DNA from: the human T2T-CHM13v2.0 reference genome, Homo sapiens
Reading direction: 5' to 3' (one strand)
Assembly: GCF_009914755.1 (NCBI RefSeq)
Contig: NC_060942.1
DNA length: 64,000 bases
Shown: positions 61,757 through 64,000 of the stretch, one piece after another
How positions within the stretch are numbered: the stretch's first letter is position 1
How the letters are laid out: each line of letters starts with the position of its first letter
Notes under the pieces: generated by a model
Told to the model about the DNA's origin: nothing
The model's database searches: none
Seen by the model: only the letters and a program-made list of their open reading frames with translations
Translations under genes and position numbers: made by a program

Positions 61757-62663
61757 CTTTGTGGTTTTATCTACTTTTGGTCTTTGATGATGGTGATGTA
61801 CAGATGGGTTTTTGGTGTGGATGTCCTTTCTGTTTGTTAGTTTTCCTTCTAACAGAGAGGACCCTCAGCTGCAGGTCTGTTGGAATACCCTGCTGTGTGA
61901 GGTGTCAGTGTGCCCCTGGTGGGGGGTGCCTCCCAGTTAGGCTGCCCGGGGGTCAAGGGTCAGGGACCCACTTGAGGAGGCAGTCTGCCCATTCTCAGAT
62001 CTCCAGCTGCGTGCTGGGAGAACCACTGCTCTCTTCAAAGCTGTCAGACAGGGACATTTAAGTCTGCAGAGGTTACTGCTGTCTTTTTGTTTGTCTGTGC
62101 CCTGCCCCCAGAGGTGGAGCCTACAGAGGCAGGCAGGCCTCCTTGAGCTGTGGTGGGCTCCACCCAGTTCCAGCTTCCAGGCTGCTTTGTTTACCTAATC
62201 AAGCCTGGGCAATGGCGGGCGCCCCTCCCCCAGCCTCGCTGCCGCCTTGCAGTTTGATCTCAGACTGCTGTGCTAGCAATCAGCGAGACTCCCTGGGCAT
62301 AGGACCCTACGAGCCAGGTGCGGGATATAATCTCGTGTTGCACCGTTTTTTAAGCCTGTCGGAAAAGCGCAGTATTCTGGTGGGAGTGACCCGATTTTCC
62401 AGGTGCCGTCCATCACTCCTTTCTTTGACTCAGAAAGGGAACTCCCTGACCCCTTGCGCTTCCCAAGTGAGGCAATGCCTCGCCCTGCTTCGGCTCGCGC
62501 ACGGTGCACGCACCCACTGACCTGCGCCCACTGTCTGGCACTCCCTAGTGAGATGAACCCGGTACCTCAGATGGAAATGCAGAAATCACCCGTCTTCTGC
62601 GTCGCTCACGCTGGGAGCTGTAGACCGGAGCTGTTCCTATTCGGCCATCTTGGCTCCTCCCTC
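61757..62663 (-). promoter_or_regulatory. L1 5'UTR: internal sense promoter and antisense promoter, YY1 site intact
   Basis: CGGCCATCTTG at 62642-62652 (YY1 core, reverse complement); CpG-rich. Confidence 0.85.
62212..62520 (+). CDS. L1 antisense ORF0-like open frame, 102 aa
   Basis: Translates MAGAPPPASLPPCSLISDCCASNQRDS..., the known ORF0 N-terminus, with no stop until 62518. Expression unknown. Confidence 0.55.
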   Translation: MAGAPPPASLPPCSLISDCCASNQRDSLGIGPYEPGAGYNLVLHRFLSLSEKRSILVGVTRFSRCRPSLLSLTQKGNSLTPCASQVRQCLALLRLAHGARTH

Positions 62664-62890
62664 TGAAGGTAATTTTAAACTTACTTTCTAAACTAGTATA
62701 TAGGTATAAGTCTCAACTTTTTGATTCTTATTTTAATGCTTGTTTTTATTAACCTTCACTTAGATGATTGCTTAATGTATCAATAGGCTGTTCCTTTAAA
62801 TATACTTTTGTCATAGTGATATCTACTATGGTATATAAGTACCCTACAGCATAATGCAAAAGGAAAGAAATGTAAATTTGAGCATTTTCT

Positions 62891-63188
62891 TTTTCTTTTT
62901 TTTTTGAGACAGAGTCTGGCTCTGTTGCCTAGGCTGGAGTGCAGTGGCATGATCTCAGATCACGGCAACCTCTGCATCCTAGGTTCAAGCAATTCTCATG
63001 CCTCAGCCTTCTGACTAGCTGAGACTAAAGGCACATACCACCACGTCCCGCTAACTTTTTGTATTTTTAGTAGAGATGGGGTTTTGCCATGTTGGCCAGG
63101 CTGGTCATGAACGCCTAACCTCAAATGATCTGCCTGTCTCAGCCTCCCAACGTGTTGGGATTATAAGTGTGTGCCACCACGCCCAGCT
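62891..63188 (-). mobile_element. Alu (AluS/J)
   Basis: Reverse dimer. TSD TTTGAGCATTTTCT at 62877 and 63192. Confidence 0.94.
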
Positions 63189-63339
63189 GAGTTTGAGCAT
63201 TTTCTTAAAAGATCACCCACAGATAAACTGCTAATATAATTTTTAAAATACTGAGAAATTAAGAACAACTGCAAGTCTATAACATTTACAAAATACCCAC
63301 TGTGTGCCGAGGACTAGATGTTATTTTAGAAATTAAAAA

Positions 63340-64000
63340 ATCTAATAATGGAGAGAGAACATTGTAAAAATAACCAGTTAGAAAATGCAATGAAAAAATA
63401 AATCCCATATGATACTCATAAAACCTTATGAAGCTAGGAATTAGGAAATGTGTAGACCCTCTATGAAGAAGACAACTTTCCTAAAAGACATTAAAAAGAA
63501 AAAGGGAAAGAACAAATGTTCATAGGTGGGAAGGCTCAGTATTGTACCAATGCCAATGTTCCCCCACAATCCATTTTTAGATTCAATACAGTTCAACATC
63601 ATAACATCATAATGGAATTACATTTTGGACTTGTCATTACTTAAAATTAAAAGACAAATTACACTGCCAAAAATAAAAAGAGATGCCAAACATTGAAGAT
63701 AAAAATTACATTATATTTGAGAAATGACTAAAAATTTTAAATTTATGGGAGTCTTTGCAAACCTTGATGGAAAAATATGAATAATCCATAGAAAAAACTA
63801 ACAAACAACATGTACAAGCAATTTACAAAATGACTAATAAAAGTATTAAAAATCATCTATCTCACAATCTAAAATAGAAACATTTAATAACAGAATAAAA
63901 ATGTTCAGATACCAATTTGGTAAAGGTGAAAACAAACAACTTAATGTTGGCAAAGGTTTAGGAAAATAAGTTCTTTCATTTTCTTGGCCAGAAGTGTGAT
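63340..64000 (+). mobile_element. Old L1ME ORF2 fragments
   Basis: 'ctaggaattaggaaatgtgtagaccctctatgaaga', 'atgttcataggtgggaaggctcagtattgta', 'aatgttggcaaagg'. Confidence 0.65.

Overview
This is AT-rich, repeat-dense primate DNA, probably great ape, intergenic or deep intronic. I find no host protein-coding exon, RNA gene or prokaryotic system. The ORF track consists of chance ORFs and repeat-derived frames. The main feature is a full-length young L1 (L1PA2/L1PA3-6030 type, 56590-62663, minus strand) with a perfect TSD. Its ORF1 and ORF2 are dead, but an antisense ORF0-like frame is open. Also present are a nested MER51 > LTR12 + AluY LTR composite (5619-7454), a near-complete Hsmar2 mariner fossil, THE1/MST/MLT LTRs, about 20 Alus (one AluYd-type with an A48 tail), old L1M/L2/MIR fragments and hAT MITEs. 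The unexplained structure is mostly local copying: a 26-bp templated insertion in L1 ORF2, two short direct duplications each about 1.5 kb apart, an interleaved inverted-repeat/microsatellite hairpin at 35.9-36.3 kb, and two adjacent old L1s with twin-priming geometry. I cannot support a new multi-gene system here. Subfamily names come from remembered consensus sequences and need RepeatMasker/Dfam confirmation.
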